A stretch of 32,000 nt of DNA from Candidatus Scalindua sp. (lineage in GTDB: Bacteria; Planctomycetota; Brocadiia; Brocadiales; Scalinduaceae). The DNA lies in contig JALDRA010000001.1 of the NCBI GenBank assembly GCA_031316235.1, positions 4,020,001 through 4,052,000 on the forward strand, read 5' to 3'. The notes beneath the pieces are model-generated. The model ran no database searches, had not been told where the DNA came from, and saw only the letters and a list, made by a program, of their open reading frames with translations. Within the stretch, counting starts at the first letter, position 1. Every line of letters starts with the position of its first letter. Made by a program: the position numbers and the translations under genes. Shown one piece after another: positions 13,888 through 23,827 of the stretch.

Positions 13888-15306
13888 TTATTTAACAATT
13901 CGAAGACTTCTCTTAAATTTTTTATTTTTAATTCTTTCCTGGTCGTCCCTTTTGTATTTTTCGATAACTTTATCGTAAGTACCGTTATATTTCGCGCATC
14001 TGATCTTGAGTATGTTATTAGCGTTTTGGATATACCACCAAGCTCCTGATCGTTTAAGCCTTGTATGGCTAATGAATTTATTGGCGCTTTCAATAGCACC
14101 GCTGCCAATGTGATATCCTCCACGCTTGGCGGAACTGTAATCCATCTTTTCACAATGATTTGTGAGATAGGTATAAAACTTGTCAATTTTATCTTGAATA
14201 TCTTGAGTTCGGGCTTTCATCTTTCCAAGACCGCCAAGCACCTCTTCATGGTAACCATAATATATTCTTGTCAGAGTCGCCTCACACCACTGTAGAGACT
14301 CTCTTGTCTCTTTTCCGTAATGGGCATTGGCTACACCATGGACATACTCCGAGCAATGGTAATAGTCGAGAATCTCTTTTGCCGAGGGAAATATTTCTTT
14401 ACATCGGTTCCAGATCCAGGGAGCACCGTCTCCTATAATTCCCAGGCGTATCTTCTCGTGGGGAATAAGCCCGGCTTCTTTGATCTTAACCAAGTATTCT
14501 GCTAATTCGTGATCTGCACAAACCTGGTGCCAGCTAATTAAATGAATAATAGTTTGACCATCGATGAGATACAGTCTAAAACCTTTAATCTCTTTGTATT
14601 CTCCCTTGCCTCTTTTCCCTTTACGGGGGTGAGGACTTGGCTCGGGACGCATCGGCCCGTGGGCTCCATCCAGGGCAAGCATCATAATGGGACGACGAAA
14701 CTTATCCACTGAGAGGTTTTCTATCTGCTTATCAATCTCTTCCCTGGGCGGGCAGACATCCAAAATTCCCACTTCTTGACCAATGGCATTCGTGGTCTCA
14801 TGCATATGATGTTCACTCAGCTTTACTCCGGTTATTCTCTCGTAGGTTTCGCTGGCCGTCTCATAGGCCGTTTCGCTTGACAACCAGGCTTCCACATCTT
14901 GCACATCATATTGCTTCGATGATTCAGACAATCCAAGGGCTTCGTCTAAAGGATAGTATCCTAAACGACACGCTCTGCAATAAAAATAAGGCCTGGTTAA
15001 TTCAAATTGTCCGGCAAGGGTTTGGATAGTCTTGGATTGTTTTCCTTGTCTTTGCATACCCTTGCCGCATTCGGGGCAATCGCAGCTTTGCTGATTCAAT
15101 AAATGTCCAAATTTCCTCTCTATGAACCCAAGAATCAGTTGTCCTAATATCTCCGCTCTCTCTTCGAAAACAGCTTTTGAGATTTCTCCTAAATCTTCCA
15201 TTGAGTACTCTTCCTCAATCTTATCCAATCGGGTGTCTAAAAAACCATAAAATAAAGCTCTCCAGTTATCGGATGACTCTATCTTTCTTTTCACCACACA
15301 AGTCAA
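13888..15306 (-). CDS. DDE transposase, ISKra4-like (identical protein to 4614-6032)
   Basis: The track shows an identical 472-aa translation. Confidence 0.8.
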   Translation of the reverse strand: MTCVVKRKIESSDNWRALFYGFLDTRLDKIEEEYSMEDLGEISKAVFEERAEILGQLILGFIERKFGHLLNQQSCDCPECGKGMQRQGKQSKTIQTLAGQFELTRPYFYCRACRLGYYPLDEALGLSESSKQYDVQDVEAWLSSETAYETASETYERITGVKLSEHHMHETTNAIGQEVGILDVCPPREEIDKQIENLSVDKFRRPIMMLALDGAHGPMRPEPSPHPRKGKRGKGEYKEIKGFRLYLIDGQTIIHLISWHQVCADHELAEYLVKIKEAGLIPHEKIRLGIIGDGAPWIWNRCKEIFPSAKEILDYYHCSEYVHGVANAHYGKETRESLQWCEATLTRIYYGYHEEVLGGLGKMKARTQDIQDKIDKFYTYLTNHCEKMDYSSAKRGGYHIGSGAIESANKFISHTRLKRSGAWWYIQNANNILKIRCAKYNGTYDKVIEKYKRDDQERIKNKKFKRSLRIVK

Positions 15307-15329
15307 AAATACCCCCTTTCAAAAGACTT

Positions 15330-15995
15330 CTATCGCTCCCTGAATACATCTATGGCGAATAGTAACGCCTGACGTTCTAATACAGGCATGGATTTAAGTT
15401 TCGCTGTCCACCTTTTGGTCTTCCTCTTTATCCGTTCCCGCTCACGAAAGTTATTGCCAAGATAACGATAGTCGTGCAGTCCTACCGGAACACTATAGTT
15501 CATCCATAACCACTCCGTTGCTACGCCATGATGACAGACGGCCTGAAAAGAATGTGTCTGCCAGCTACGCAATGATTCTTTGTATAAGGTTGACTCGTAA
15601 CCGGATATCATCACCATGCAGGGAAGAGTTTTCAAAACTTCCAAAAGTTCGATGTGCTGCGCACGGCTATAGTCATATTTATATAGCCGTCCATACTTTT
15701 TCCTTGTCTCGCGAAGATATGGTGGGTCACAATATACCAGTTCTTTTCCTGTGAAATGATAATTATTCAGATAATTAATTGCGTCATCATGGACCAGTTC
15801 AAAACCTATTGGATGCATATTTGTCCACATCTCAACAACTTCCGAGTCAATTTCTATCCCAAAATTACTCCTGGCAGGTCGTTTGTTCCGTATAACAGCG
15901 CCACCACCCAAATGAGTCTCTATGTAGACATCATGGGGTGGCATAAGATTGATTAACTTTTGGAATACACCTCCTTTGCCGCCTGGATAATTCAT
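15330..15995 (-). CDS. D12-class (Dam-family) N6-adenine DNA methyltransferase, IS-borne (identical to 6056-6721)
   Basis: Identical 221-aa translation with the YPGGKG and DPPY motifs. Confidence 0.8.
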   Translation of the reverse strand: MNYPGGKGGVFQKLINLMPPHDVYIETHLGGGAVIRNKRPARSNFGIEIDSEVVEMWTNMHPIGFELVHDDAINYLNNYHFTGKELVYCDPPYLRETRKKYGRLYKYDYSRAQHIELLEVLKTLPCMVMISGYESTLYKESLRSWQTHSFQAVCHHGVATEWLWMNYSVPVGLHDYRYLGNNFRERERIKRKTKRWTAKLKSMPVLERQALLFAIDVFRER

Positions 15996-16001
15996 GGAAG
16001 A

Positions 16002-16030
16002 ATTATCGTTGAAAACAACGAGGAAGTCAA
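16002..16030 (-). promoter_or_regulatory. IS-internal promoter for the methyltransferase (copy 2)
   Basis: Same TTGACT-N17-GATAAT-N6-ATG arrangement as at 6728-6756. Confidence 0.5.
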
Positions 16031-16122
16031 GATCTTTTATTATATTTTACAAAAAATCGGGAATGCTCCCAGCAAAACAGCAGATGATTGAACAATCTGA
16101 ACGTGAGTACACCGTAAATAGT

Positions 16123-16147
16123 AAAAAAACGCAGGAATTGAGCACTG
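16123..16147 (-). terminator. Weak candidate intrinsic terminator after nuoN
   Basis: On the minus strand, GCAG-N9-CTGC (16131-16147) is followed by G and T7 (A-run 16123-16129 on the plus strand), starting 8 nt after the nuoN stop. The stem is only 4 bp. Confidence 0.3.
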
Positions 16148-16154
16148 CCCGGCA

Positions 16155-17618
16155 TTACGGCAGCAGCACGGATTTCCGGGCTAATTCAATGATCATGGAA
16201 GGAAATATACCGAGGTGAATGGTTCCCCAGATGGTGATAATGAGAGCAAGTATGATGTAGGGTGAAAGCGAAAGCGGTGCAAAATCACGCGCAGGCTTCT
16301 TCATGTACATGACAACCGTAACACGCAGGTAATAGTAAACTGAAATGACACTGTTAATTACTCCAATTACTGCGAGGATGACAAAGCCGGACTCAACAGC
16401 GGCACTGAAGATATAAAATTTCCCCATAAAACCTGCAAAAGGCGGTATTCCAGCAAGCGAAAACATGAATATGCTCATCACTATTGCCAGGACAGGATGC
16501 TTATACCCTAAACCGCTGTAATCATCAATCTGTAAATTCTCATCTCCTTTTTTACCGAGTATCATGATCACAGCAAATGCTCCCAGATTCATGAACACAT
16601 ACACCAGGAGATAAAAGAGTATGCTCGCTGTTCCTGAACTGCCTGCCGTTATGACAGCCATCAGGACGTACCCCGCGTGTGCGATGCTGGAGTATGCAAG
16701 CATCCTTTTTATGTTTGACTGTGTAATCGCTACAACATTTCCGATTGTCATGGTAAGGGCAGCCATCACCCACAGAATTACAGACCATTTCTGCTCCAGA
16801 CCGGGCAGTGAAACCAGGAACACCCTCAGGAAGACCGCAAAAGCAGCGGCTTTCGGTCCGGCAGACATAAATGCGGTAACCGAAGTTGGAGCACCCTCAT
16901 ATACATCAGGCACCCATTTGTGAAATGGTACTGCGGCCATCTTGAAACCAAAACCAATAATCAGCAGGGACGCACCCATAACAATCATTGGATTTGAAAA
17001 TGCGTGATTATCAGTAATAAAGGTACCGATTTCTTTAATATTTGTGGTGCCGGTAGCACCATAGAGGAGAGCAATTCCATAAAGAAGAAAACAGGTCGCA
17101 AAAGCACCAAGTAAAAAATATTTGAGAGAGGACTCATTCGAATCCATTCGTTCTCTCCTGAAACCCGCTAATACGTAAAGCGATATGGACATTATCTCAA
17201 GACCAAGAAAGATTGTAATCAAGTCTGCAGCACCTGCCATCAGCATCATTCCCATTGTGGCAAAGAGTAACAATGTATAGTACTCGCCGTAATTAACCCC
17301 TTCCTGTTCCAGATAGTAAACGGACATGAGAATTACGATTGCCGTACTGATAAGAAAGATGTAATTGAAAAAGATCGAAAAGTTATCGACCACAAACGTG
17401 TCACTGAACGAATATACTGGCGAATATACGGTTGATCCTGACTGGGCAAATGTTATCAGGCCCGTAATCAGTACCGCAAGAAAGCTGAGATATCCGAGCG
17501 TTTCCTTGGGCAGCTTCTTGAAGAATACGTCTGTTATGAGCACTACCATGGCTGCAATGGTTATGAGAATGATGGGTGCAATGCTTTTTAAATCAAATGG
17601 CGGGATTGTTATTTCCAT
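16155..17618 (-). CDS. nuoN: NADH:quinone oxidoreductase subunit N
   Basis: 487-aa polytopic antiporter-like subunit, last gene of the operon. Overlaps nuoM by 10 nt. Confidence 0.9.
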   Translation of the reverse strand: MEITIPPFDLKSIAPIILITIAAMVVLITDVFFKKLPKETLGYLSFLAVLITGLITFAQSGSTVYSPVYSFSDTFVVDNFSIFFNYIFLISTAIVILMSVYYLEQEGVNYGEYYTLLLFATMGMMLMAGAADLITIFLGLEIMSISLYVLAGFRRERMDSNESSLKYFLLGAFATCFLLYGIALLYGATGTTNIKEIGTFITDNHAFSNPMIVMGASLLIIGFGFKMAAVPFHKWVPDVYEGAPTSVTAFMSAGPKAAAFAVFLRVFLVSLPGLEQKWSVILWVMAALTMTIGNVVAITQSNIKRMLAYSSIAHAGYVLMAVITAGSSGTASILFYLLVYVFMNLGAFAVIMILGKKGDENLQIDDYSGLGYKHPVLAIVMSIFMFSLAGIPPFAGFMGKFYIFSAAVESGFVILAVIGVINSVISVYYYLRVTVVMYMKKPARDFAPLSLSPYIILALIITIWGTIHLGIFPSMIIELARKSVLLP

Positions 17619-19162
17619 AACGTGTCTCCCTTCAGTACAAGTTTCTTCTTCTCTTCTTCCACCCTGATGGCGGTTTTTTTGTATTTTTCATCCACCTGGG
17701 ACAAGAGATGAGTTACCGACACATCAAGCCTTGAAATTATGGGTTTTGGATAGATGCCAATCCAGAAAATAAGAATAATGATCGGCAGGATGATAGCCCA
17801 TTCCCGTATGTTTACGTCTGCCATATTTTGATTCTTTTTGTTTGAAAGCTTATTGAACATAACCCTTTGAAACATCCAGAGCATGTAACATGCCGAAAAG
17901 ATCACGCCTGTTGTCGCAAGGGCAGCATAAAGAACATTGGTCTTGAATGTGCCCAGCAGGATGAGAAATTCGCCGACAAAACCATTTAAACCCGGTAATC
18001 CGATAGAGGAGAATGTAACAATCATAAAAAAGACGGTGAAAACCGGAACCTGCTTTGCAAGTCCGCCAAAGTCTGAAATCATCCTGGTGTGTCTTCTCTC
18101 ATAAAGCATCCCGACGAGTAAGAATAACGCACCCGTACTCAACCCGTGATTCACCATCTGGAGGATACTCCCTTCCAGACCCTGGATGTTGAAAACGAAT
18201 ATACCAAGCATGACAAACCCAAGATGGCTTACACTTGAGTAGGCAATAAGCTTTTTCAGATCTTGCTGTACCATTGCCACAAGCGCACCGTATATGATTC
18301 CAATAATGGCCAGCCAGGCGATAATAGGTACGAATTGATGGCTTGCATAGGGGAACAGGGGCAGACTGAAGCGTACAAAACCATACGTCCCCATCTTCAA
18401 CAGGACCCCTGCCAATATAACACTCCCCGCAGTTGGCGCCTCTACATGCGCGTCAGGCAGCCATGTATGAAATGGAAACATGGGTACCTTGATGGCGAAG
18501 GCAAAAAAGAATGCCAGAAAAAGCCAGAATTGAATCCCCATTGGTATGTCAAGTCTATACAGCTGCAACAGATCAAACGTATGTTCTCCGGTTGCATTAT
18601 AGTTCAGAGTATGAATTGCAAGAATAGCGAGCAGCATCAGGACACTGCCGGCCATCGTATAGATAAAAAACTTTACCGTTGCATAGATCCTCCTTGGCCC
18701 CCCCCATATTCCGATTATGAGATACATCGGTATGAGCATCAGTTCCCAGAACACATAAAAAAGGAACAGGTCCAGTGAGATGAATACACCCAGCATTCCG
18801 GTTGTCAGGACAAGCATGGAGACCATGTACTCCTTTACTCTCTCCTTTACCGTCCACGAAGCCAGGATGGCCAGGCAGGTAAGAAAGCTTGTCAGGAGAA
18901 ACAGGAACAGACTGATGCCGTCAATGCCCACATGATAACTGATGCCAAACTCCCTGATCCAGGGAACCATTTCTCTGAATTGAAATTCATGCGTCTTCAG
19001 GTTGAAATTGAAGAATAAGGGAAGTGATATGACAAACGAACCGATTGCAGTAATCAGTGCAATCTGCTTGATCTTTTCCTCTTTCTTCTTATTGATAAAG
19101 AGTATCCACAAAGCGCCCACAAGCGGCAGAAAAGTAGCTACGGTCAGTATTGGAAAGTTCAT
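17609..19162 (-). CDS. nuoM: NADH:quinone oxidoreductase subunit M
   Basis: 517-aa antiporter-like subunit with [19 protein letters not shown], the ND4 signature. Confidence 0.9.
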   Translation of the reverse strand: MNFPILTVATFLPLVGALWILFINKKKEEKIKQIALITAIGSFVISLPLFFNFNLKTHEFQFREMVPWIREFGISYHVGIDGISLFLFLLTSFLTCLAILASWTVKERVKEYMVSMLVLTTGMLGVFISLDLFLFYVFWELMLIPMYLIIGIWGGPRRIYATVKFFIYTMAGSVLMLLAILAIHTLNYNATGEHTFDLLQLYRLDIPMGIQFWLFLAFFFAFAIKVPMFPFHTWLPDAHVEAPTAGSVILAGVLLKMGTYGFVRFSLPLFPYASHQFVPIIAWLAIIGIIYGALVAMVQQDLKKLIAYSSVSHLGFVMLGIFVFNIQGLEGSILQMVNHGLSTGALFLLVGMLYERRHTRMISDFGGLAKQVPVFTVFFMIVTFSSIGLPGLNGFVGEFLILLGTFKTNVLYAALATTGVIFSACYMLWMFQRVMFNKLSNKKNQNMADVNIREWAIILPIIILIFWIGIYPKPIISRLDVSVTHLLSQVDEKYKKTAIRVEEEKKKLVLKGDTLWK

Positions 19163-19219
19163 TTTATAAACTCGTTTCTTCGAAAATCCATTATTTCATA
19201 TATGATTTAAACCACTTAT

Positions 19220-21166
19220 CTATAATAAAAATAAGGCAAAAATTATGATAATAATACCGCCCAGCAGCATTGAAAGTGCATAATTACGTACAAAACCGGT
19301 TTGGAAAAGCCGTAAGGCTTCACCATTCAACTTGACCAGCCTGGCAACTCCATTCACAAAGCCATCGATAATCCTGACATCTATCCATCTCCAGAGGAAA
19401 AATGAACTCTTTATTGCAGGATTCACAACCGCAGCATCATAGATCTCGTCAACATAATATTTATTCAGGAGAATCTTATAGATCAGCTTGAACCGGCCTG
19501 CTATCTGTCCCGGCAAGCCGGGCTTTTTGACATACATTACATATGATAAGGCAATTCCCACGATTGCAATGCCCGTTGAAAGGCCCATCATTGAGAACAT
19601 GAGATTATGTGAAATGTGATGTGTTTCTCCACCATCAACCACTCCTGAGTGTCCAACACCTCCCACTACGGGAGCCAGAAAACTGTTTATGGCACTCGCA
19701 GCAGGAAAACCGAGAAAACCTCCCACAGCCGAAAGCAGTGCAAGGACCATCAACGGAAGAAGCATGTTCATGGGAGATTCGTGGACGTGCTCTTCCACAT
19801 GTTTGTCCATCCTTGATTTTCCATGAAATGTCATAAAGAGAAGCCTGAACATATAGAAAGACGTCAGGAGCGCCGCAAATGCCCCCAATCCCCAGAAAAC
19901 CATATTTCCCCTGGTATAGGCTTCAAGTAAAATCTCATCCTTACTGAAAAAACCGGCAAAAGGAGGTATTCCCGCTATTGCAAGTGTTCCGATGAGAAAC
20001 GTTTTATACGTTATGGGAAGATGTTTTCTGAGTCCGCCCATCTTTCGCATGTCCTGCTCACCACCCAGGGCATGGATAACACTACCGGAACCAAGGAAAA
20101 GCAATGCCTTGAAAAATGCATGAGTGATCAGATGGAAAATACCCGTAATAAATCCCCCGACACCGCACGCCAGGAACATATACCCTATTTGACTTACCGT
20201 GGAATATGCCAGTACCCTCTTGATATCATTCTGAGCAAGACCGATAGTTGCAGCAAACAGGGCTGTTGCTCCGCCAATTACGGCTACCACGGTGAGTGAG
20301 AAAGGTGCCATGACAAACAGTACATTACACCTGACAACCATGTAAACGCCGGCTGTCACCATTGTTGCAGCGTGTATGAGGGCGCTGACCGGAGTAGGGC
20401 CCTCCATTGCATCCGGAAGCCAGGTATAGAGCGGTATCTGTGCTGATTTCCCCGTTGCCCCCAGGAACAATAAAAGTGTAATAGCAGTTGCTACCACGCT
20501 TCCCGTTGTCAAGTGTTCCGGTGCTGAATCGAAGACATCGGTGAAGTCTATCGTATGGAAAGTTACGAAAATCAGTAACATGGCCAGGATAAAACCGAAA
20601 TCTCCAATACGGTTGACGATAAAAGCCTTTTTTCCTGCACTCGATGCGGATTTCCTTTCAAACCAGTAACCAATCAGCAGATATGAACACAATCCGACTC
20701 CTTCCCAGCCGATGAACATGAGAAGAAAATTATTGGCCAGAACCAGCAGCAGCATGGAAAATGTGAACAGATTGAGGTAGGTGAAATATCGATAAAATCC
20801 TTCATCGCCATGCATATACCCTATCGAATAAACATGTATCAAAAACCCCACACCGGTAACTACCAGTATCATGACGGTTGAGAGCGGGTCAACTTGTAAC
20901 CCGGCAACAGCCGTAAATGTACCGGAGCCTATCCACGTGAAAAATTCTTTTTCAAACAGGCGCTGTTCGGGTGGAAGTTTCACCAGGTCTATGAATACAA
21001 GGATTGAGACAAAAAATGCCAGTCCAATTGCAGTACACCCGATATAGCCTATGACTGATGTGCTGAGTTTTTTACCACACAACCCGTTTACAATTGCCCC
21101 GGCAAGCGGGAGCAGCAGCACAAAACCGATTAAATTCAAAAATGATTCCCCAGGTATACTTGGCAT
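19220..21166 (-). CDS. nuoL: NADH:quinone oxidoreductase subunit L
   Basis: 648 aa with WLPDAMEGPTPVSALIHAATMV, the ND5 signature, and a long C-terminal helix region. Confidence 0.9.
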   Translation of the reverse strand: MPSIPGESFLNLIGFVLLLPLAGAIVNGLCGKKLSTSVIGYIGCTAIGLAFFVSILVFIDLVKLPPEQRLFEKEFFTWIGSGTFTAVAGLQVDPLSTVMILVVTGVGFLIHVYSIGYMHGDEGFYRYFTYLNLFTFSMLLLVLANNFLLMFIGWEGVGLCSYLLIGYWFERKSASSAGKKAFIVNRIGDFGFILAMLLIFVTFHTIDFTDVFDSAPEHLTTGSVVATAITLLLFLGATGKSAQIPLYTWLPDAMEGPTPVSALIHAATMVTAGVYMVVRCNVLFVMAPFSLTVVAVIGGATALFAATIGLAQNDIKRVLAYSTVSQIGYMFLACGVGGFITGIFHLITHAFFKALLFLGSGSVIHALGGEQDMRKMGGLRKHLPITYKTFLIGTLAIAGIPPFAGFFSKDEILLEAYTRGNMVFWGLGAFAALLTSFYMFRLLFMTFHGKSRMDKHVEEHVHESPMNMLLPLMVLALLSAVGGFLGFPAASAINSFLAPVVGGVGHSGVVDGGETHHISHNLMFSMMGLSTGIAIVGIALSYVMYVKKPGLPGQIAGRFKLIYKILLNKYYVDEIYDAAVVNPAIKSSFFLWRWIDVRIIDGFVNGVARLVKLNGEALRLFQTGFVRNYALSMLLGGIIIIIFALFLL

Positions 21167-21176
21167 TTTTATCCTC

Positions 21177-21479
21177 TTACCACTTCATTATGTTTATATC
21201 ATCAACGTTTACAGTTGATTTGTTCTTAAAGAGAGCAACTACGATTGCAAGGCCTACGGCTGCTTCTGCTGCAGCAACTGTCATGATGAAAAAAACAAAT
21301 ATCTGTCCATCCATCGAATCGTGCTGTCGAGAGAATGTTACAAAAGCCAGATTCACCGCATTCAACATCAACTCTATGGACATCAAAATGACAAGTGCAT
21401 TCCTTCTGATGAGAACACCGATTGCACCCATTGTAAAAAGAGCTCCTGACAAAACCAGATACCATGTTAAAGGGATCAC
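21177..21479 (-). CDS. nuoK: NADH:quinone oxidoreductase subunit K
   Basis: 100 aa, 3 TM helices, GTG start, ND4L-like ([11 protein letters not shown]). Confidence 0.9.
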   Translation of the reverse strand: MIPLTWYLVLSGALFTMGAIGVLIRRNALVILMSIELMLNAVNLAFVTFSRQHDSMDGQIFVFFIMTVAAAEAAVGLAIVVALFKNKSTVNVDDINIMKW

Positions 21480-21483
21480 GTCC

Positions 21484-22008
21484 TTATTCCTTCAGTCCTT
21501 TTTTTGTTAAAATTATAGCGCCGACAATGGCAGCAAACAGTAAGATTGATGCTATCTCAAAGGGTAAAATATAGTCTGTAAAAAGCAATTTTCCGACAAG
21601 CTGGGTGTCCCCTATTTCACTGATCTTCTCAGGGGTATATTCACCCTTTGTACCCTGAATGACTGATCTCACCATTACAATACCAACAACAGCAAATAAA
21701 ACCAGCCCGATAAACAGAGCAGTTGCTTTTTGAAATATCAGCCTGTCTTTCCCCATCTCTTCCTCAATTTTATCTACATTAAGCAGCATGATTACAAAAA
21801 CAAAAAGTACCATCACGGCACCTGCGTAGACCATTACCTGTACAGCTGCAATAAATTGAGCATGCAACAGGACGTAGAGAACCGCAAGAGAAACCATCGT
21901 CTGGATGAGAAAAATCGCACTATAAATGGGATTCTTCTGAAAGACAACACCACCTGCGCAGATGATGATGATCGTACCCATTATAATAAACAGCAAGCCC
22001 TCTAGCAT
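21484..22008 (-). CDS. nuoJ: NADH:quinone oxidoreductase subunit J
   Basis: 174 aa, ND6-like, in the expected operon position. Confidence 0.85.
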   Translation of the reverse strand: MLEGLLFIIMGTIIIICAGGVVFQKNPIYSAIFLIQTMVSLAVLYVLLHAQFIAAVQVMVYAGAVMVLFVFVIMLLNVDKIEEEMGKDRLIFQKATALFIGLVLFAVVGIVMVRSVIQGTKGEYTPEKISEIGDTQLVGKLLFTDYILPFEIASILLFAAIVGAIILTKKGLKE

Positions 22009-22059
22009 AATATCCGATCTCCGTGATAACGGTAATTAGTGGTTGCGTTCAAACACTAA

Positions 22060-22479
22060 TTATTTCTGCTTCTTTACAGGAGCAAGCAATCTCTCCTTAT
22101 CATAAATAAAACTGTCTCCCTCCGCGGAGGCGAGTTCGTATTCCTGTTTTAAAAAAATAGCCTCTTCCGGGCACACTTCCTGGCAATAACCGCAGAAAAT
22201 ACAGCGGAGCATGTTGATTTCATACACCTCCGCATATCGCACTCCCTGGTCATTTTCAGCACCTTCAAGACGGATACATTCAGATGGACAGACGGTAGCG
22301 CAGAGTCCGCACGCAACACACTTCTCCTTGCCATTCTGGTCCCTTTGTAACTGGTGCAGACCTCTGAAGCGCGGATAAGGGGTCCATTTCTCTTCTGGAT
22401 ACCGCATCGTTACAACACTGGAGGGGCTGAGAAAATTCTTTAAGGTAAGTGCTAACCCCTGCAATAATGGTTTTATCAT
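22060..22479 (-). CDS. nuoI: NADH:quinone oxidoreductase subunit I (2x[4Fe-4S])
   Basis: CVACGLCATVCP and CIFCGYCQEVCP. The track ORF begins at TTG 22506. ATG 22479 (MIKPLLQG...) has GAGGA 7 nt upstream, so I prefer it. Confidence 0.9.
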   Translation of the reverse strand: MIKPLLQGLALTLKNFLSPSSVVTMRYPEEKWTPYPRFRGLHQLQRDQNGKEKCVACGLCATVCPSECIRLEGAENDQGVRYAEVYEINMLRCIFCGYCQEVCPEEAIFLKQEYELASAEGDSFIYDKERLLAPVKKQK

Positions 22480-22532
22480 TAAACTTTCCTCGTACGCATT
22501 GAACAAAACCGGTAATGCTTCTCTGGTTCAAA

Positions 22533-23525
22533 CTACCCTGTCAGGACCACAACAATTCCTGTTATCAGGATATTTACTATGGCGACCGGGAGCAGAATCT
22601 TCCAACCGAAATTCATCAGCTGATCGTACCGGAACCTGGGAAAAGTGGATCGTATCCACACGAAAAAGAAAATACACAAAAACAACTTGATCAGGAACCA
22701 GACTACAGGAGGCAGAAACGGCCCCCTCCAGCCACCAAAGAAGAAGGTAACGGCAACAGCTGATACAGTTAACATGTTGGCATATTCAGCCATAAAGAAC
22801 ATTGAGAACTTCATACTGCTGTATTCAGTGTGGTATCCTGCAACCAGCTCAGTCTCCGCTTCAGGTAAATCAAAGGGACACCTGTTCACTTCCGCAACGG
22901 CACTGACAGTATACACTATAAACCCGATCGGCTGAAATATCACAAACCACCATTTTGACTGGGCATTCACAATATCAACAAGACTCAGCGATTGACTCAT
23001 CATGAGAACCCCAATCAGCGCCAGGCCTAATGAGAGTTCATAGCTGATCATCTGGGCTGAAGACCGCAGTCCCCCCAGTAAAGAATATTTGTTGCTTGAT
23101 GACCATCCAGCCAGAATAATGCCGTAAACTCCCACCGAAGTGACAGCGAGGATAAAGAGAATACCGATGTTTACGTCCGTAATAACCATATCGATGCTGT
23201 ACCCTGATATGGTTATTTTGTTCCCGAAAGGAATAACCGCAAACGACATAAGTGCCGGGACTATCGCGATGACAGGTGCTAACACAAAGATTATTTTGTT
23301 TGCCCTGGAAGGAATAATGTCTTCCTTGAACATCAATTTAAGCCCGTCTGCGATAGGCTGAAGCAACCCCTGCCACCCTACTCTCATCGGGCCGAGTCTC
23401 ACCTGCATGCGTGCCATAACTTTCCGCTCAATCCATATAAGGTAAGCTATCGTTATGAGGAGTAACCCGAAAACGATACTTATCTTAATGCTTGCAACCA
23501 CAGTAAATAAGATGGCATCCATCAT
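22533..23525 (-). CDS. nuoH: NADH:quinone oxidoreductase subunit H
   Basis: 330 aa, ND1-like (ERKVMARMQVRLGP, AEYANM). Confidence 0.9.
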   Translation of the reverse strand: MMDAILFTVVASIKISIVFGLLLITIAYLIWIERKVMARMQVRLGPMRVGWQGLLQPIADGLKLMFKEDIIPSRANKIIFVLAPVIAIVPALMSFAVIPFGNKITISGYSIDMVITDVNIGILFILAVTSVGVYGIILAGWSSSNKYSLLGGLRSSAQMISYELSLGLALIGVLMMSQSLSLVDIVNAQSKWWFVIFQPIGFIVYTVSAVAEVNRCPFDLPEAETELVAGYHTEYSSMKFSMFFMAEYANMLTVSAVAVTFFFGGWRGPFLPPVVWFLIKLFLCIFFFVWIRSTFPRFRYDQLMNFGWKILLPVAIVNILITGIVVVLTG

Positions 23526-23550
23526 ACAATCAATTTCCTTACACTGTACT

Positions 23551-23817
23551 TTATAGTTTGTTCATTCTCTGCCCGCAGCATTCTAAAATGCCGGTAGTCT
23601 CATTAATAACATTTATCTTCTGTCCGCATATCTTACACACAAAAGAAGCGCCCTGAGCAGGTTCGTGATGAACCGATGTCCAGGTTTCCATCATCCCGCC
23701 TGCCTCAACCCGTTTCATCTCCTGCCCGCAGCATACAAGCACCCCGAAACCTTCATCTACAACCTCAATCTTCTGTCTGCACACCTCGCAAAAATATATC
23801 TGCCCTTTTTTACCCAT
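23551..23817 (-). CDS. Tandem desulforedoxin-domain protein (two Fe(Cys)4 Dx modules in one chain)
   Basis: 88 aa. C10-x2-C13-x15-C29C30 and C61-x2-C64-x15-C80C81, each followed by GQ.M. This is the same spacing as D. gigas desulforedoxin (YKCELCGQ...LVCCGEDM). Lies 10 nt after nuoG and 25 nt before nuoH. Confidence 0.75.
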   Translation of the reverse strand: MGKKGQIYFCEVCRQKIEVVDEGFGVLVCCGQEMKRVEAGGMMETWTSVHHEPAQGASFVCKICGQKINVINETTGILECCGQRMNKL

Positions 23818-23827
23818 AGTATACCCT

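Larger units (their letters stand above)
13861..16070 (-). mobile_element. IS copy 2 (2,210 bp), same element and orientation as 4587-6796, with its own 8-bp TSD
   Basis: Offset of exactly 9,274 bp. TSD AGCAAAAC at 13853-13860 and 16071-16078. I found one difference from copy 1 (T5331 vs C14605), a synonymous AAA/AAG Lys change in the transposase. Confidence 0.9.

Noticed and set aside
4587-16070. The two IS copies plus the 7 kb between them might form a composite transposon.
   Set aside because: A composite insertion would give the same duplication at the outer flanks. Here the outer left flank is GTAGAAAC and the outer right flank is AGCAAAAC, and each copy has its own matching TSD pair. 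This indicates two independent insertions.
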